From IMG/VR virus record IMGVR_UViG_3300022719_000349, positions 1 to 38,275 of that record: a stretch of 38,275 nucleotides of DNA. One strand, given 5' to 3'. The translations under genes were made by a program, and so were the position numbers. The notes beneath the pieces were generated by a model. That model was not told the DNA's origin. It searched no databases and saw nothing but the letters and a program-made list of their open reading frames with translations. Origin of the DNA: a virus (taxonomy: Duplodnaviria > Caudoviricetes). This document shows, in pieces, positions 23,498 through 33,353 of the stretch. Every line of letters begins with the position of its first letter. Positions within the stretch are counted from its first letter, which is position 1.

Positions 23498-26400
23498 TAG
23501 AACATCCCCTTCTGCTCGGCAACGTTGCGCGGCTGCTTGATCCCGGGAGACACAACACGCAGCGTGTCGCCAGAGAGGCCATCGTCCACGACCTCCCGCG
23601 AGTTGATCCGGATATTTGTCGAGGGCGCTCGCCGTCCCGTTGTGCGGACGGACGTAACGCTGCCGCCCTCGCGCATGCCGAGTGCTCCCAACCGCGGCCG
23701 CGGCAGGTTCGCTCCTCCGGTTGCCAGCATGCGCAGGATGCCGGGGTGGATCATCCGCTGGCGGATCGCCTCCATCACGTCCGCGCCGTAGGCGGCGACG
23801 GCCTTGACCGGCTGCACGTACTCCCCCGGCTGGAGCCACGCGGGCACGGTGTCCGCCGGGTGGAGCCCCCGGGGGCGGTGGCTGTGCGGGCCTGCGACGT
23901 TGCCTCCGTCGTGGAAGCCCTCTGCGCGCACGAGCCCGCCCTCGTGTCCTCCGCCCGCGCCCGCGGACACGAGCAATTTCGCGATTTGCAGGCGCAACAA
24001 CTCCTTCAGAATCGTCTCGGCCAGCCCCCGGAAGAAGTCCTGAAGGGCCTCCCCGACGCTCTTGGTGCCCTCCAGCACGGAGAAGAGGTTATCCACGAAC
24101 GAATCGACTGCCTGCTGCGCTACGTCGAACGCCAGCTCGAACTCATCGAAGTTGTCGATGATGTCCTGCATTCCGGCGATGAAACCATCCGCGAACCCGC
24201 CGGACCCGAGACGCTGGAGCAGCGCTTGGGTGTCAACAAGCCGCAGGTTGAACTCCTCAGCGATGAGGTTCCTCTGCTCCAGCAGCTCGTTGATCTGCGC
24301 GGTGAGAAGCTTGCCCTCCTGGGAGTCGGGCTCGAACTCGGGTTGCCGCGCTCGAAGCCCTTCGATGGCGTTGTCGAACGGCTCCACGGCCAGCGCTTGG
24401 CGCTCCCTCAAGATGCGTTGCTCTGCTTCGAGCGCTTCGATCCGCGCCCGCGTTGCGCCGATTTCACGGGTTCGATTCAGCTCACGCAGCCTGGCGACGC
24501 GCTCTTCGATGTTCAGGATGCGCGAGGGCGAGAGCAGGATGCCGCTTGTGTCTTCGATGGCGCGCAGCACTTTGATCTGCGACTCCGCGGCTTTCTCGGC
24601 GCCCTTTTCCAGTGCCTTGCGGATGCTCGCCACGAGCGCATCCACGTCTACGGCGTCGCCATCGATGATGCCTTTGATCTTGTCGCGCAGGTTGTCCAGT
24701 GCATCGATGCCACCTTCTGCGACCTCTTGCAGGAGATCCTTGAGCCCGACGCCCGCGTTCTCGAAGGCGTCCTGAACGCCCTCCGGCAGGGAGTCCCTCA
24801 GGGACGAGACGGCATTGCTGATCGCGTTCTCGATCAGCTCCGCGATGCCGGGGGCGTTCCTGTCCTGCTGGAGGATCCCGGCGATGCTGTCCGTGAACTC
24901 CTTTTGGAGGCGCCGGAGCTTGTCCACCTGCTCCTGCACGTTCTGCTCGCCGCGCGCCAGGACCGCCTCCAGCGTGCTCTGTGTCCCGGCGAGCACTCCT
25001 GCCGCGCGGCGCACGGCATCTCCGCTGGCGAACGGCAGCAGGTCGAGCCCCGCTGCGATCTTGCGCAGGACAAACTCCACCTGCCCCAGCATGAAATTGA
25101 ACGTGTTGATGACGAGACGGGTAATGACCAACGCCACCTGCGAGAAGAACACGAGGATGGCCTGCCCCGCCACCTTGGCGCCGGTGGTCACGCTCTCCTT
25201 CAGGATGCGGGCAATCGAAACCAGCTTGAGTTCCGTGTCGGTGAGTCGATCCACAATGAGCTTGAAGATCGCCAAGACGCCCGCGACGAGCGCGGGGATC
25301 AGCAGGAACTTGGCAAGAAACGCCGCGGCACGAAGCACGATACGCGCCAGGAAGAGCGACATTCGGGCGAGCAGGGGCACGATGACCGCGAGCCCTCGGA
25401 CGAGGGTGACGGCGAACACGCGCGCGACGATGGCGGCCTGCCGCAGTATTCGCAGCACGGGACCGAGTGCGACCGAGATGAGCCCGAAGGTCAGCCGCAG
25501 CCCCACCGCCACGGTGGCCACCGCGGTGAGGGTAACGAGGATCTCCGTCAGCTTGGAGCCGTCGATGTCGTCGATGCCCTGCTGGAACTGGCGCACGCCC
25601 GTTGCGAAGAGCGTGATGCCCTGCACGACGCCACGGAAGAACCCCACGGCAACCAGCGCCAAGGTCCGGATGGCTTGGCCCAGCGCCTGCGCAGTGACGA
25701 TGGCCTCTTCGAAGGAAACTTCGAGCAACTGCTCGCGGACGTCCTGTACCGCTCCGCGGATGCCGTCCATGATCGGGAACAGGACAGCCGCGGCGTCGGC
25801 GTTGGCTTCGATGAAGTCGCCGCTGTCGTCCGTCAGGATGTCGAAGATCTCGCGCAGCGTGATCTTCAGCTCGTCGAACAGCCCGACCGCGGCCCCTCCC
25901 GCCGCGAGGCCGACCGCATCTCGCACGCGCTGCTGCAAGCCGCTGAACGTGTTCGCAGCCTCGCTGGCAGCCGCGGCGAACGGGGTCAGTCGGTCTCGGA
26001 GGAAGTCGAACAGCCTTCCGGCGTCTCGCGCCTGGCGGATGCTCTCGTTCAGGTTCGCGGCGTTGGTGCCAAAGGCAGCCACAAGCCGGGTCGTTTGCTG
26101 ACGGGTCGTACCGGAGAGGACGGAGCGGATTTCCTCGCCCAACTGGTTCTGAGGGACGCGCAGCGCCGTAGCCGCCTGCGAGATCAGGACCGCGATGTCT
26201 TCGACCTCGGAAAGGTCGAGCCCGGCCGAGAGGCCGGGACCAATCGCGATCTGCACCGCGTCGAGCAGCTCGGTCGTGGTCGCCGTCGTCTCCAGCGCGC
26301 GCGTCCGGATGCGATTGACGGTCCCCTCGGCCACCTCAAGGGCACCGGCGTATGCCTCGGCCCCGCGCAGGAGAGGCTCTTGCCCTCTGCGGAGGAGGCC

Positions 26401-27009
26401 GGTCGCGGAGATGAGCCCCGCGATGCCGATGCGGGCGTTCTCGATCTGGTCGTTGAACTGGACGCCCGAACGGACCAGCCCCTGGAAGCCCTGAATGCCG
26501 AGGCGCGCGGCCTGGAAGGCGAACAGGATGCCGAACAAGCGGCGGAAGGTGAACGACGCCCGGTTGGCGGAGCGCGCCGCTCGGTCGGTGCTGCGACGGA
26601 AGCGATCCACGCCCCGCGCGCCGCGGCGCCCTGCCCGCCCCGCACTGGTAGTGCTTGTCGCCTGCGCGCGGGCCGTGGCAGCCGCTCTCGCTTGCGCTGC
26701 GGCCGTCCGTGCCACGGCCGCGGCATACCGGGCCTGCGAAGAGAGCGTGGCGTTGGTGGCTTGCCTGAGCCGCTCGCGCGCGGTGGCGAGGCGCGTTTCC
26801 TCGATGCGTGTCTTGATGACCGAGCGCCGGATGCGCTCGTTCGCCTCTGCCACCTGCGCGCTGCGGCGTGCGTTCTGGACTTGCTGCGCGCTGGTCTGTC
26901 GGTTGAGCCGGGTGGTGGCGCGCAGTTCGGTGCGAAACGCCCGCAGGGCCCGGAGATTGCGTACGACAACGTCAATCTCGTACCGAAGGCCGCCGCGGTC
27001 AATCGCCAT
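23497..27009 (-). CDS. Tail tape measure protein
   Basis: 1170-aa Ala/Leu-rich helical protein with a central hydrophobic region and C-terminal FHDGG..V.G...DTVPAWLQPGEYV; follows the chaperone genes. Confidence 0.93.
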   Translation of the reverse strand: MAIDRGGLRYEIDVVVRNLRALRAFRTELRATTRLNRQTSAQQVQNARRSAQVAEANERIRRSVIKTRIEETRLATARERLRQATNATLSSQARYAAAVARTAAAQARAAATARAQATSTTSAGRAGRRGARGVDRFRRSTDRAARSANRASFTFRRLFGILFAFQAARLGIQGFQGLVRSGVQFNDQIENARIGIAGLISATGLLRRGQEPLLRGAEAYAGALEVAEGTVNRIRTRALETTATTTELLDAVQIAIGPGLSAGLDLSEVEDIAVLISQAATALRVPQNQLGEEIRSVLSGTTRQQTTRLVAAFGTNAANLNESIRQARDAGRLFDFLRDRLTPFAAAASEAANTFSGLQQRVRDAVGLAAGGAAVGLFDELKITLREIFDILTDDSGDFIEANADAAAVLFPIMDGIRGAVQDVREQLLEVSFEEAIVTAQALGQAIRTLALVAVGFFRGVVQGITLFATGVRQFQQGIDDIDGSKLTEILVTLTAVATVAVGLRLTFGLISVALGPVLRILRQAAIVARVFAVTLVRGLAVIVPLLARMSLFLARIVLRAAAFLAKFLLIPALVAGVLAIFKLIVDRLTDTELKLVSIARILKESVTTGAKVAGQAILVFFSQVALVITRLVINTFNFMLGQVEFVLRKIAAGLDLLPFASGDAVRRAAGVLAGTQSTLEAVLARGEQNVQEQVDKLRRLQKEFTDSIAGILQQDRNAPGIAELIENAISNAVSSLRDSLPEGVQDAFENAGVGLKDLLQEVAEGGIDALDNLRDKIKGIIDGDAVDVDALVASIRKALEKGAEKAAESQIKVLRAIEDTSGILLSPSRILNIEERVARLRELNRTREIGATRARIEALEAEQRILRERQALAVEPFDNAIEGLRARQPEFEPDSQEGKLLTAQINELLEQRNLIAEEFNLRLVDTQALLQRLGSGGFADGFIAGMQDIIDNFDEFELAFDVAQQAVDSFVDNLFSVLEGTKSVGEALQDFFRGLAETILKELLRLQIAKLLVSAGAGGGHEGGLVRAEGFHDGGNVAGPHSHRPRGLHPADTVPAWLQPGEYVQPVKAVAAYGADVMEAIRQRMIHPGILRMLATGGANLPRPRLGALGMREGGSVTSVRTTGRRAPSTNIRINSREVVDDGLSGDTLRVVSPGIKQPRNVAEQKGMF

Positions 27010-27012
27010 GCT

Positions 27013-27306
27013 CTAGAATCCACTTCCTGCGAACGTCAGGAACTCGTCGGGGCCTCGCGTGCCTGGCGCGCGCTCGCCCTCTCTAGTGTACTGCTTCAAG
27101 AACTTCTTGAAGCCCTTTTCGTCGGCTTGGGCCGCGCGTAGGCGGTACAGGTGTTCCCGGTCCCTGCGGATGCGGCAGCGGTTCATCACGAGCGCCGCCA
27201 GATCGAACTCGACGAGGGTCAAATCCAGTACCTCTTCCGAGCGGAAGCCCCATGCGACGAGGTCAAAGCACAGCTCCCGGAACTCTAGCCAGTCGGACTC
27301 TCCCCC
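27013..27306 (-). CDS. Tail assembly chaperone GT-like extension (via probable -1 frameshift)
   Basis: The -1 frame from GGGGGAG (27300-27306) reads GESDWLEFRELCFDLVAWGFRSEEVLDLTLVEF... to the stop at 27013. Confidence 0.65.
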   Translation of the reverse strand, partial: GGESDWLEFRELCFDLVAWGFRSEEVLDLTLVEFDLAALVMNRCRIRRDREHLYRLRAAQADEKGFKKFLKQYTREGERAPGTRGPDEFLTFAGSGF

Positions 27307-27884
27307 TTGCTCTCCGGCCCGGGCGACTCGTCGCTGTCGTCCTCCGGCATCGCCTCGGCCATTTTCTCCCTGAGGATCGCTCCGACTTTTCCCCGCACTC
27401 CCGCGAAGACAGCGAGGTTGGCCTCGATCATCTGCCGCACGAACCAGACGAGCTCATGGACGCTCAGGTCGTTGAGAAACTCCTCGGGGCCGAGGGTCTC
27501 CTCCCGCAAGGAGTCGAGGACGAGCAGGGCGACCTTTTCGACCTGCTCTTCGCTGAGGAGCGCGTCGATGGCCCTCTGGATGCCTTCGCCCTGCTGCTTC
27601 AGGCGCTGTTTCGCGACAACCGGCGAGATGGCGTCGATCACCGTCGTCTGCGCGGGCTCCTTCGTTTCCGGGTCGGTGTCGTTCACGACCGTCTGCTTCA
27701 CGTAGTTGCGCGCGGACGGGTCGAACAAGGAGCTGGCCGCCTGCGCGACCTCGTGAACCACGTCGCGGGCCTCGATCAGCGCCGAGACGCGCAGGTGGTG
27801 GAACTCGAACTCGCTGCCGTCGAGCGTCGCCGAGTAGGGCGCCTCGCGGGTCGCCTTGGCCGCGAGGAACTTCTTCAGGCTCAT
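27285..27884 (-). CDS. Tail assembly chaperone (gpG-like)
   Basis: 199 aa between tail tube and tape measure; AAAGGAGG RBS. Confidence 0.75.
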   Translation of the reverse strand: MSLKKFLAAKATREAPYSATLDGSEFEFHHLRVSALIEARDVVHEVAQAASSLFDPSARNYVKQTVVNDTDPETKEPAQTTVIDAISPVVAKQRLKQQGEGIQRAIDALLSEEQVEKVALLVLDSLREETLGPEEFLNDLSVHELVWFVRQMIEANLAVFAGVRGKVGAILREKMAEAMPEDDSDESPGPESKGESPTG

Positions 27885-27907
27885 ATCTGCCTCCTTTGCT
27901 ATAGCCC

Positions 27908-27936
27908 GAAGCGGGGAGCCCTCGCAGGCTCCCCGC
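27908..27936 (-). terminator. Hairpin / weak terminator after the tail tube gene
   Basis: Stem GCGGGGAGCC/GGCUCCCCGC around a GCGA loop, followed by only a short UUC. Confidence 0.55.
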
Positions 27937-27956
27937 CGTTTCAGTTGATGGTCTCG

Positions 27957-28811
27957 TTAGGCCGACAGGCGACGGATCGTGACGGTCGGGCTGTCCGGGT
28001 AGGCGGTGGCGTTCTCGCCCGCCTCGCCCGTGAGGGACAGCGTCGCGAACTCGTCGCCGATCAGGGCGAAGTCACCCTCGGCGCGCAGCGACACGGAGTG
28101 GAACTGGTACTCGATCTCCTTGCTCGCGTCGTTCGCGTTGATCGACACGAACTTGAGCACGCCCGTGAGTGACGCCTGCTTCAGGCCCCGGACCTCGTCG
28201 ATGGTCAGGGTGGCGAAGTCGAAGTCCACGAGCAGGCTGTCCGTCGCGCCGATGCTGCCACCCTCGCGGATGAAGATGCGGCCGAGCTCGGCGTCGAGAT
28301 CGTAGTCGGTCCCCTCGACGTAGGTCGTGGTGTCGGTCGCGTCCTTCACGACCACGCTGGTGAGGCGGTAGACCCGCTCGGCGCTGTCCGCGGCAACCGG
28401 GGGATATGTGGACGGCGAGGCGTTGTCGTACAGGTCGTACCACCGCCCGAGACCCGAGACGATCAGGTTCGGGTTGCCGCCCGGCGTGGCGTCCACGCTG
28501 GCGCCGGTGACGGCGGTCTGCGTGTTCTCGCCCGCGAGGAACAGCCGCAGGTTCTCCACGTCGATTTCCGCAAGCTCCATCGAGACGCCGAGCGCCTGCG
28601 AGAGGATGACGTTGCGGTCGCGCTTCTTGAGCCCCTCCAGCGTCGAGAAGTGCTCCAGGTTCTCGGTCTCGACGTTGACGGTGAACGCCTCGGCGTTACC
28701 GAGGTGCCGGAAGTTCTTCGGGCGACCGTCCGTGTCGAGGTCGTCGGAAAAGTACAGGGCGCCGCGACCGAGGAGATAGTCGCGTGCGTCGGGGATACCA
28801 TTTCGAGCCAT
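27957..28811 (-). CDS. Major tail tube protein
   Basis: YLLGRGALYF, RHLGNA and ALIGDEFATLSLTG pattern, with an inserted TYVEGTDYDLD..LGRI domain; upstream of the chaperones. Confidence 0.85.
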   Translation of the reverse strand: MARNGIPDARDYLLGRGALYFSDDLDTDGRPKNFRHLGNAEAFTVNVETENLEHFSTLEGLKKRDRNVILSQALGVSMELAEIDVENLRLFLAGENTQTAVTGASVDATPGGNPNLIVSGLGRWYDLYDNASPSTYPPVAADSAERVYRLTSVVVKDATDTTTYVEGTDYDLDAELGRIFIREGGSIGATDSLLVDFDFATLTIDEVRGLKQASLTGVLKFVSINANDASKEIEYQFHSVSLRAEGDFALIGDEFATLSLTGEAGENATAYPDSPTVTIRRLSA

Positions 28812-28842
28812 CGGGGAATCTCCTTGGGTTCGTGGATCAATT

Positions 28843-29298
28843 CTACCTCGGACTGACAGGCGCGGGCTGCGCCTCGACTGTCAGAAGGAGGAAGGTGCCG
28901 TTGGCGGGCTCGTTGCGCGGCGGGTGGCTCACTTCGGCCTCTTCGAGCACGAGATCGAACTGCCGCCGGTCGGCATTGGCATTGATGGTGCGCGAGAACG
29001 CCTCCAGGAAGTCCTCGGGGGCGATCTGACGGTCGAATCCTATGTGGACTTCCCACCGCACGGATTGCAGGACTCGGTCGCGTCCGCCCGTCATCTTCTC
29101 TCTGGCCTCGACCAGAGAGAAGGAGACCTCGTTGGCCTCGAACTGCTTGGGCTTGGCGAGATTGGTCCTGTCCACACGCATGCGCGGGAACAGCTGCCCT
29201 CCTTGGGGGCGGTCGTACTCCACAGTCGGGAATGCGCCCGTCTCGACGATAGTCAACAGGGCCTGATGGACTTCCTGCTTGAACGTATCCGCCATCAC
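28843..29298 (-). CDS. Probable tail terminator / completion protein
   Basis: 151 aa immediately upstream of the tail tube; positional call. Confidence 0.5.
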   Translation of the reverse strand: MMADTFKQEVHQALLTIVETGAFPTVEYDRPQGGQLFPRMRVDRTNLAKPKQFEANEVSFSLVEAREKMTGGRDRVLQSVRWEVHIGFDRQIAPEDFLEAFSRTINANADRRQFDLVLEEAEVSHPPRNEPANGTFLLLTVEAQPAPVSPR

Positions 29299-29870
29299 GA
29301 ATCGTTGCTGCTGTCGAGCGCGAAGCAGAACAGGTAACCGGCGTGGATGCTGTAGCCCACCACGCGGAACTTGTCGGCGTTCTTGCTGCCGACCGCCATC
29401 GCCTTGATGCCGGTGACCTGCCCGGCCTTGCTGGTGCCGGAGAGGATTTCGAAGGCCCTGCTGATCTCCTCTTCGAGGCGCTCGGCCTCGTCGCGGACTT
29501 CACGAGGGCTCATGTCGCGGAACGCGCCCACGTCGTTCCACTCCTCGATGACGTTCGTGTTGCCGCCGTCCTTGACCATCTGCGTGAGCCAGCGCAGCAG
29601 GGTGCGCCGCACAAGGCGCTGCTCGGTGGCTCGCGCAAGGAGCCACTTGTGGTGGTTCTCGGTTGTGGGCGGATCGGGCGGCTCGCTAAGGGCGGTGAGC
29701 TCCGCAACCTTAGCGAGCCCCAGTCGCATGTAGAATTCGTTGCGGGCGTCGTCGATGGCCACGCCGAGCACGCGCTCCAGCGTCGTGTCGGTGTTGCTCT
29801 CGTCGAGGCGCTGGGCCTTCTTCAAGTCGGCGAGCGTCTTGAACAACGGAGCGCGCGGCTCGTCGGCCAT
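29295..29870 (-). CDS. Probable head-tail adaptor
   Basis: 191-aa helical protein starting LFKTLADLK, downstream of the capsid gene; positional call. Confidence 0.55.
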   Translation of the reverse strand: MADEPRAPLFKTLADLKKAQRLDESNTDTTLERVLGVAIDDARNEFYMRLGLAKVAELTALSEPPDPPTTENHHKWLLARATEQRLVRRTLLRWLTQMVKDGGNTNVIEEWNDVGAFRDMSPREVRDEAERLEEEISRAFEILSGTSKAGQVTGIKAMAVGSKNADKFRVVGYSIHAGYLFCFALDSSNDS

Positions 29871-29873
29871 CGA

Positions 29874-30470
<597 letters not shown>

Positions 30471-30493
30471 TTTTTTGCCTCCTGCGGCCTGTG

Positions 30494-30526
30494 AAAAAGC
30501 CCGCGCGCCATGGAGAGCGCGCGGGC
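30494..30526 (-). terminator. Rho-independent terminator after the major capsid gene
   Basis: Stem GCCCGCGCGC/GCGCGCGGGC followed by UUUUU. Confidence 0.8.
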
Positions 30527-30560
30527 CTATAGGTCACTGCGAAGATGCCCCCGTTGTCAA

Positions 30561-31628
30561 CTAGGCGAGCACCGTGTACTCGACGACCGCCTCCGGGTAC
30601 CGCATCAGCGGGAAGGGGCGCGAGTGGGTGAGCGCGAAGACCACGGACGGGTCGGGCTGGACCCAGGACTTGGAGAACCGCTCGGCCTCCAGCAGGCCGC
30701 CCTCGAAGGCGTCCATGTCCGGAATCGCGCCGTACTCCAGCGAGAAGCCCGCGCCGGGCGCGGCCGCGACGAAGTATGCCTTCTTCGCGCCGATGAGCTG
30801 GTGCGTCGTGCCGCCGTGATCGACCACGGTACGGTTGTATTCCCACCAGTCCACGCCGAAGATGCGGCCCATGAAGTAGGCGCCGTCCGGCCGGAAGTCG
30901 CCGCCCAGACGCTGGGGCGTGTCGTCCTCGGGGCGACGCCGGTCGATGATCGACCGGACTTCATCGTTGTTGAGGAACGCGTTGGCGGCGTCCTTGCCGC
31001 AGATGACGTCGGTGACGTTGAAGCCCGGGCCCTCGCTCACGAGGCGCTTGGCCTCGCGCACGTCTCCGGCGATGTCCGCCGTGGATTCGTTCCAGCGCGA
31101 GCCCGCGCCGAGCGTGATGTCGTTCGCCGCGTCGCGCGTGTAGTCGAACTGGAACGCCTCGGCCTCCAGGTCGTCGAGCTCCGAGTAGTCGATGACGCCG
31201 GTGAGCGCCTGCGCGCACATCCACTCGATTCGGTTCGTGATCTGGTCGGCCATGTACTGCATGTCGAGGGCGATGTGCCGCTGGACCTCGGAGACCTGCG
31301 ACTCGCCGCCGCGCAGGAAGACGCGCGAGCCCGGCGTGCGGCCGAAGAGCAGCGGCGACGGGTTGAACGCGATCTTGACGCGGATGTTGGGGGCCTCGAC
31401 GGAACGGAAGCTCGTGGTCACGCCGTCGATGGGGAACGCCTCGGCGCCCTTCTTGACGAACGGGACCATCTTGCGGGCGCCCAGCCACTTCCCGATTTCG
31501 AGGCTCTCGGTCGGGTGCGTGTTGCTGGCGCGGAACAGAAGCTGCTGGAGGAACGTGTTCGGCGACTTGATGTCGTTGATCGTCTCCGTGAGCGACTGCC
31601 AGTTGAGTTCGGGAACAAGCTGGGGCAT
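30561..31628 (-). CDS. Major capsid protein (lambda gpE family)
   Basis: FLQQLLF, MVPFV, ITNRIEWMCAQALTG and SKSWVQPDPS...THSRPFP are gpE-family patterns; 355 aa. Confidence 0.9.
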   Translation of the reverse strand: MPQLVPELNWQSLTETINDIKSPNTFLQQLLFRASNTHPTESLEIGKWLGARKMVPFVKKGAEAFPIDGVTTSFRSVEAPNIRVKIAFNPSPLLFGRTPGSRVFLRGGESQVSEVQRHIALDMQYMADQITNRIEWMCAQALTGVIDYSELDDLEAEAFQFDYTRDAANDITLGAGSRWNESTADIAGDVREAKRLVSEGPGFNVTDVICGKDAANAFLNNDEVRSIIDRRRPEDDTPQRLGGDFRPDGAYFMGRIFGVDWWEYNRTVVDHGGTTHQLIGAKKAYFVAAAPGAGFSLEYGAIPDMDAFEGGLLEAERFSKSWVQPDPSVVFALTHSRPFPLMRYPEAVVEYTVLA

Positions 31629-31665
31629 CTTGTGCTCCTATTGGTGCCTGAAAATCGGGTTCGGA

Positions 31666-32064
31666 TCAGCGCACGTCGGCGAGGCCGCGCACGAAGATGC
31701 CGCGCTCTCGCGCCTGCGCCGCGAGCGCCGCGTCGAGCTGGGTGGCCGTGCCGCCGTCGCTGACGAGGTCGGCGCGGTGCGCTTCGCCTTCCAGCATGAT
31801 CGTTCCGGCGACCTCGCCGGACGTGAGCACGGTGACCGGGTCCGGATGCACGATGCCCCGAATCTGGCCGGTGTCGTCGGAGCCGCCGTTGGCCCACTCG
31901 GTGTAGCCGTTCGAGGACGTGTTGAACGCCACGACAGTGCCGACCGGAAGCTCCTTGTCGGCACCCGCGACGGCGAACACGGCGGACGCGGCCTTCTTGG
32001 GGTAGATACGCGGCTCGGCGCCTTCGGAGCGGTCCGAGATCTTCGCGGTCTTGTCGAGAACCAT
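31666..32064 (-). CDS. Head decoration protein (lambda gpD-like)
   Basis: 132 aa directly upstream of the gpE-type capsid gene; LPVGTVV...GI...EG...RERGIFVR pattern. Confidence 0.7.
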   Translation of the reverse strand: MVLDKTAKISDRSEGAEPRIYPKKAASAVFAVAGADKELPVGTVVAFNTSSNGYTEWANGGSDDTGQIRGIVHPDPVTVLTSGEVAGTIMLEGEAHRADLVSDGGTATQLDAALAAQARERGIFVRGLADVR

Positions 32065-32119
32065 GTGTCAGTCTCCCTGATTCGGGGATCATTGTCGCAC
32101 AGTTTGCCCCACGGTGGGG

Positions 32120-33292
32120 CTACTTTGCGACGATGTACCCTCGGCCCTTGTTGATGTGCTCCGCGAGGCTCTTGCCGGACTTGACGGCGTCGAACGACTC
32201 GCCGCCCGCTGCCGGAGTGTCGCCCGGCTTGGCGTTCGACTTGGCCGCCTTGCGGCCCTCGTCGTCGTCGCCGTCGCCGTACGCCTTCTGGATGTCCGCA
32301 AGCTTCTCGTTGTACTGCTTGATGCTCTCGGGGTCGGCCCAGTCGGTGGCCTCGGCCAGGTTGGCGATCTCGGTATCGCGCGCGTGCGCCTGCACGGCCG
32401 CGGGATCCTTGAAGTCCACACCCTCCGGGATGTTCGACTTCTTCGCGGGCTCGGGCTTGGGCTCGGGCGCCGGGGGAGCGGCGGGGGCGGCGGTGGCGAG
32501 CGCCTCGGCGACGGACGCCTTGACCATCTCGCCGATCTCGGCCTTCTGCTCGTCGGTCAGCTTCATCTCGTTCTCCTTGTTCAGATTCGCAACGAAGCGC
32601 CGTGCGAGTTCGTCGGCCTTCGCTTTTTCGATGGAAAGCTCCGTCGTCAGGAACTCCGAGACCGACACATGCAGCCGGTCGCCCTCGAAATTCGTGTGTG
32701 CGGAGATGGAAAGTTCGCCGGGCTGCTCGGCCTGCTCGAACAGGCGCTTGAGGGAGGCTACGACCTCCTGCATGTCCGCCTTCTGGAGCGGTTCGTCCTT
32801 GAGCTTGGCGGGACCGTACATCGACACGCCCTGCCACTCCCCCTCGCGGTACGCCTTGCGCAGGTCGGGGTCTTCGACCTTGACGACGACTCCCCAGCCG
32901 CCGGTCACGTCCACCGGTTCGCCCTCGTAGTCGGTCATGCCGGAGAAGCGCGGGTCGTCCTTCTGGATGATGAACGACTCGGCTACGTAGGCCGCCTCCT
33001 TCGGCAGGGTCTCGCAGTTGTGGACGATGTCGAGCGGCGCCGAGTTGCGCATGAACGAGTGCGCCAGTTTGACGACCGTCTCCTCGTCGCAGAAGTCCTT
33101 GTCCGCGTCGAGCCGATTGGGAGCCCACACGCACGCGACCAGCTCGCCGCGCTCGTCGAAGTCGGGGAGCTCCTTGGTCACGGACTGGAACTCGACCTGC
33201 TGGTCGTCCGACTTGTACAGGGTCCGCAGGCCGTTCTTGCCCAGCGGGCACAGGCTCAGGAACTGGATGTCTGCGTCGATGATTCTGCGCAT
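32120..33292 (-). CDS. XkdF-like putative prohead protease with C-terminal scaffold
   Basis: VWAPNRLDADKDF, FM..LDIVH, VAESFI and GGWGVVVKVED...EGEWQGVSMYG, then an Ala/Pro/acidic scaffold-like tail. Confidence 0.8.
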   Translation of the reverse strand: MRRIIDADIQFLSLCPLGKNGLRTLYKSDDQQVEFQSVTKELPDFDERGELVACVWAPNRLDADKDFCDEETVVKLAHSFMRNSAPLDIVHNCETLPKEAAYVAESFIIQKDDPRFSGMTDYEGEPVDVTGGWGVVVKVEDPDLRKAYREGEWQGVSMYGPAKLKDEPLQKADMQEVVASLKRLFEQAEQPGELSISAHTNFEGDRLHVSVSEFLTTELSIEKAKADELARRFVANLNKENEMKLTDEQKAEIGEMVKASVAEALATAAPAAPPAPEPKPEPAKKSNIPEGVDFKDPAAVQAHARDTEIANLAEATDWADPESIKQYNEKLADIQKAYGDGDDDEGRKAAKSNAKPGDTPAAGGESFDAVKSGKSLAEHINKGRGYIVAK

Positions 33293-33353
33293 ATGGCTAC
33301 CTGGATCATAAGCTGAGTTGCCGCGGGCGGGTAGAATCGAAACGGAGGATTTC

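Noticed and set aside
23392-27141. 1249-aa plus-strand ORF
   Set aside because: Antisense shadow of the tape measure gene. High GC suppresses stops on the opposite strand, and it has no recognisable motifs.
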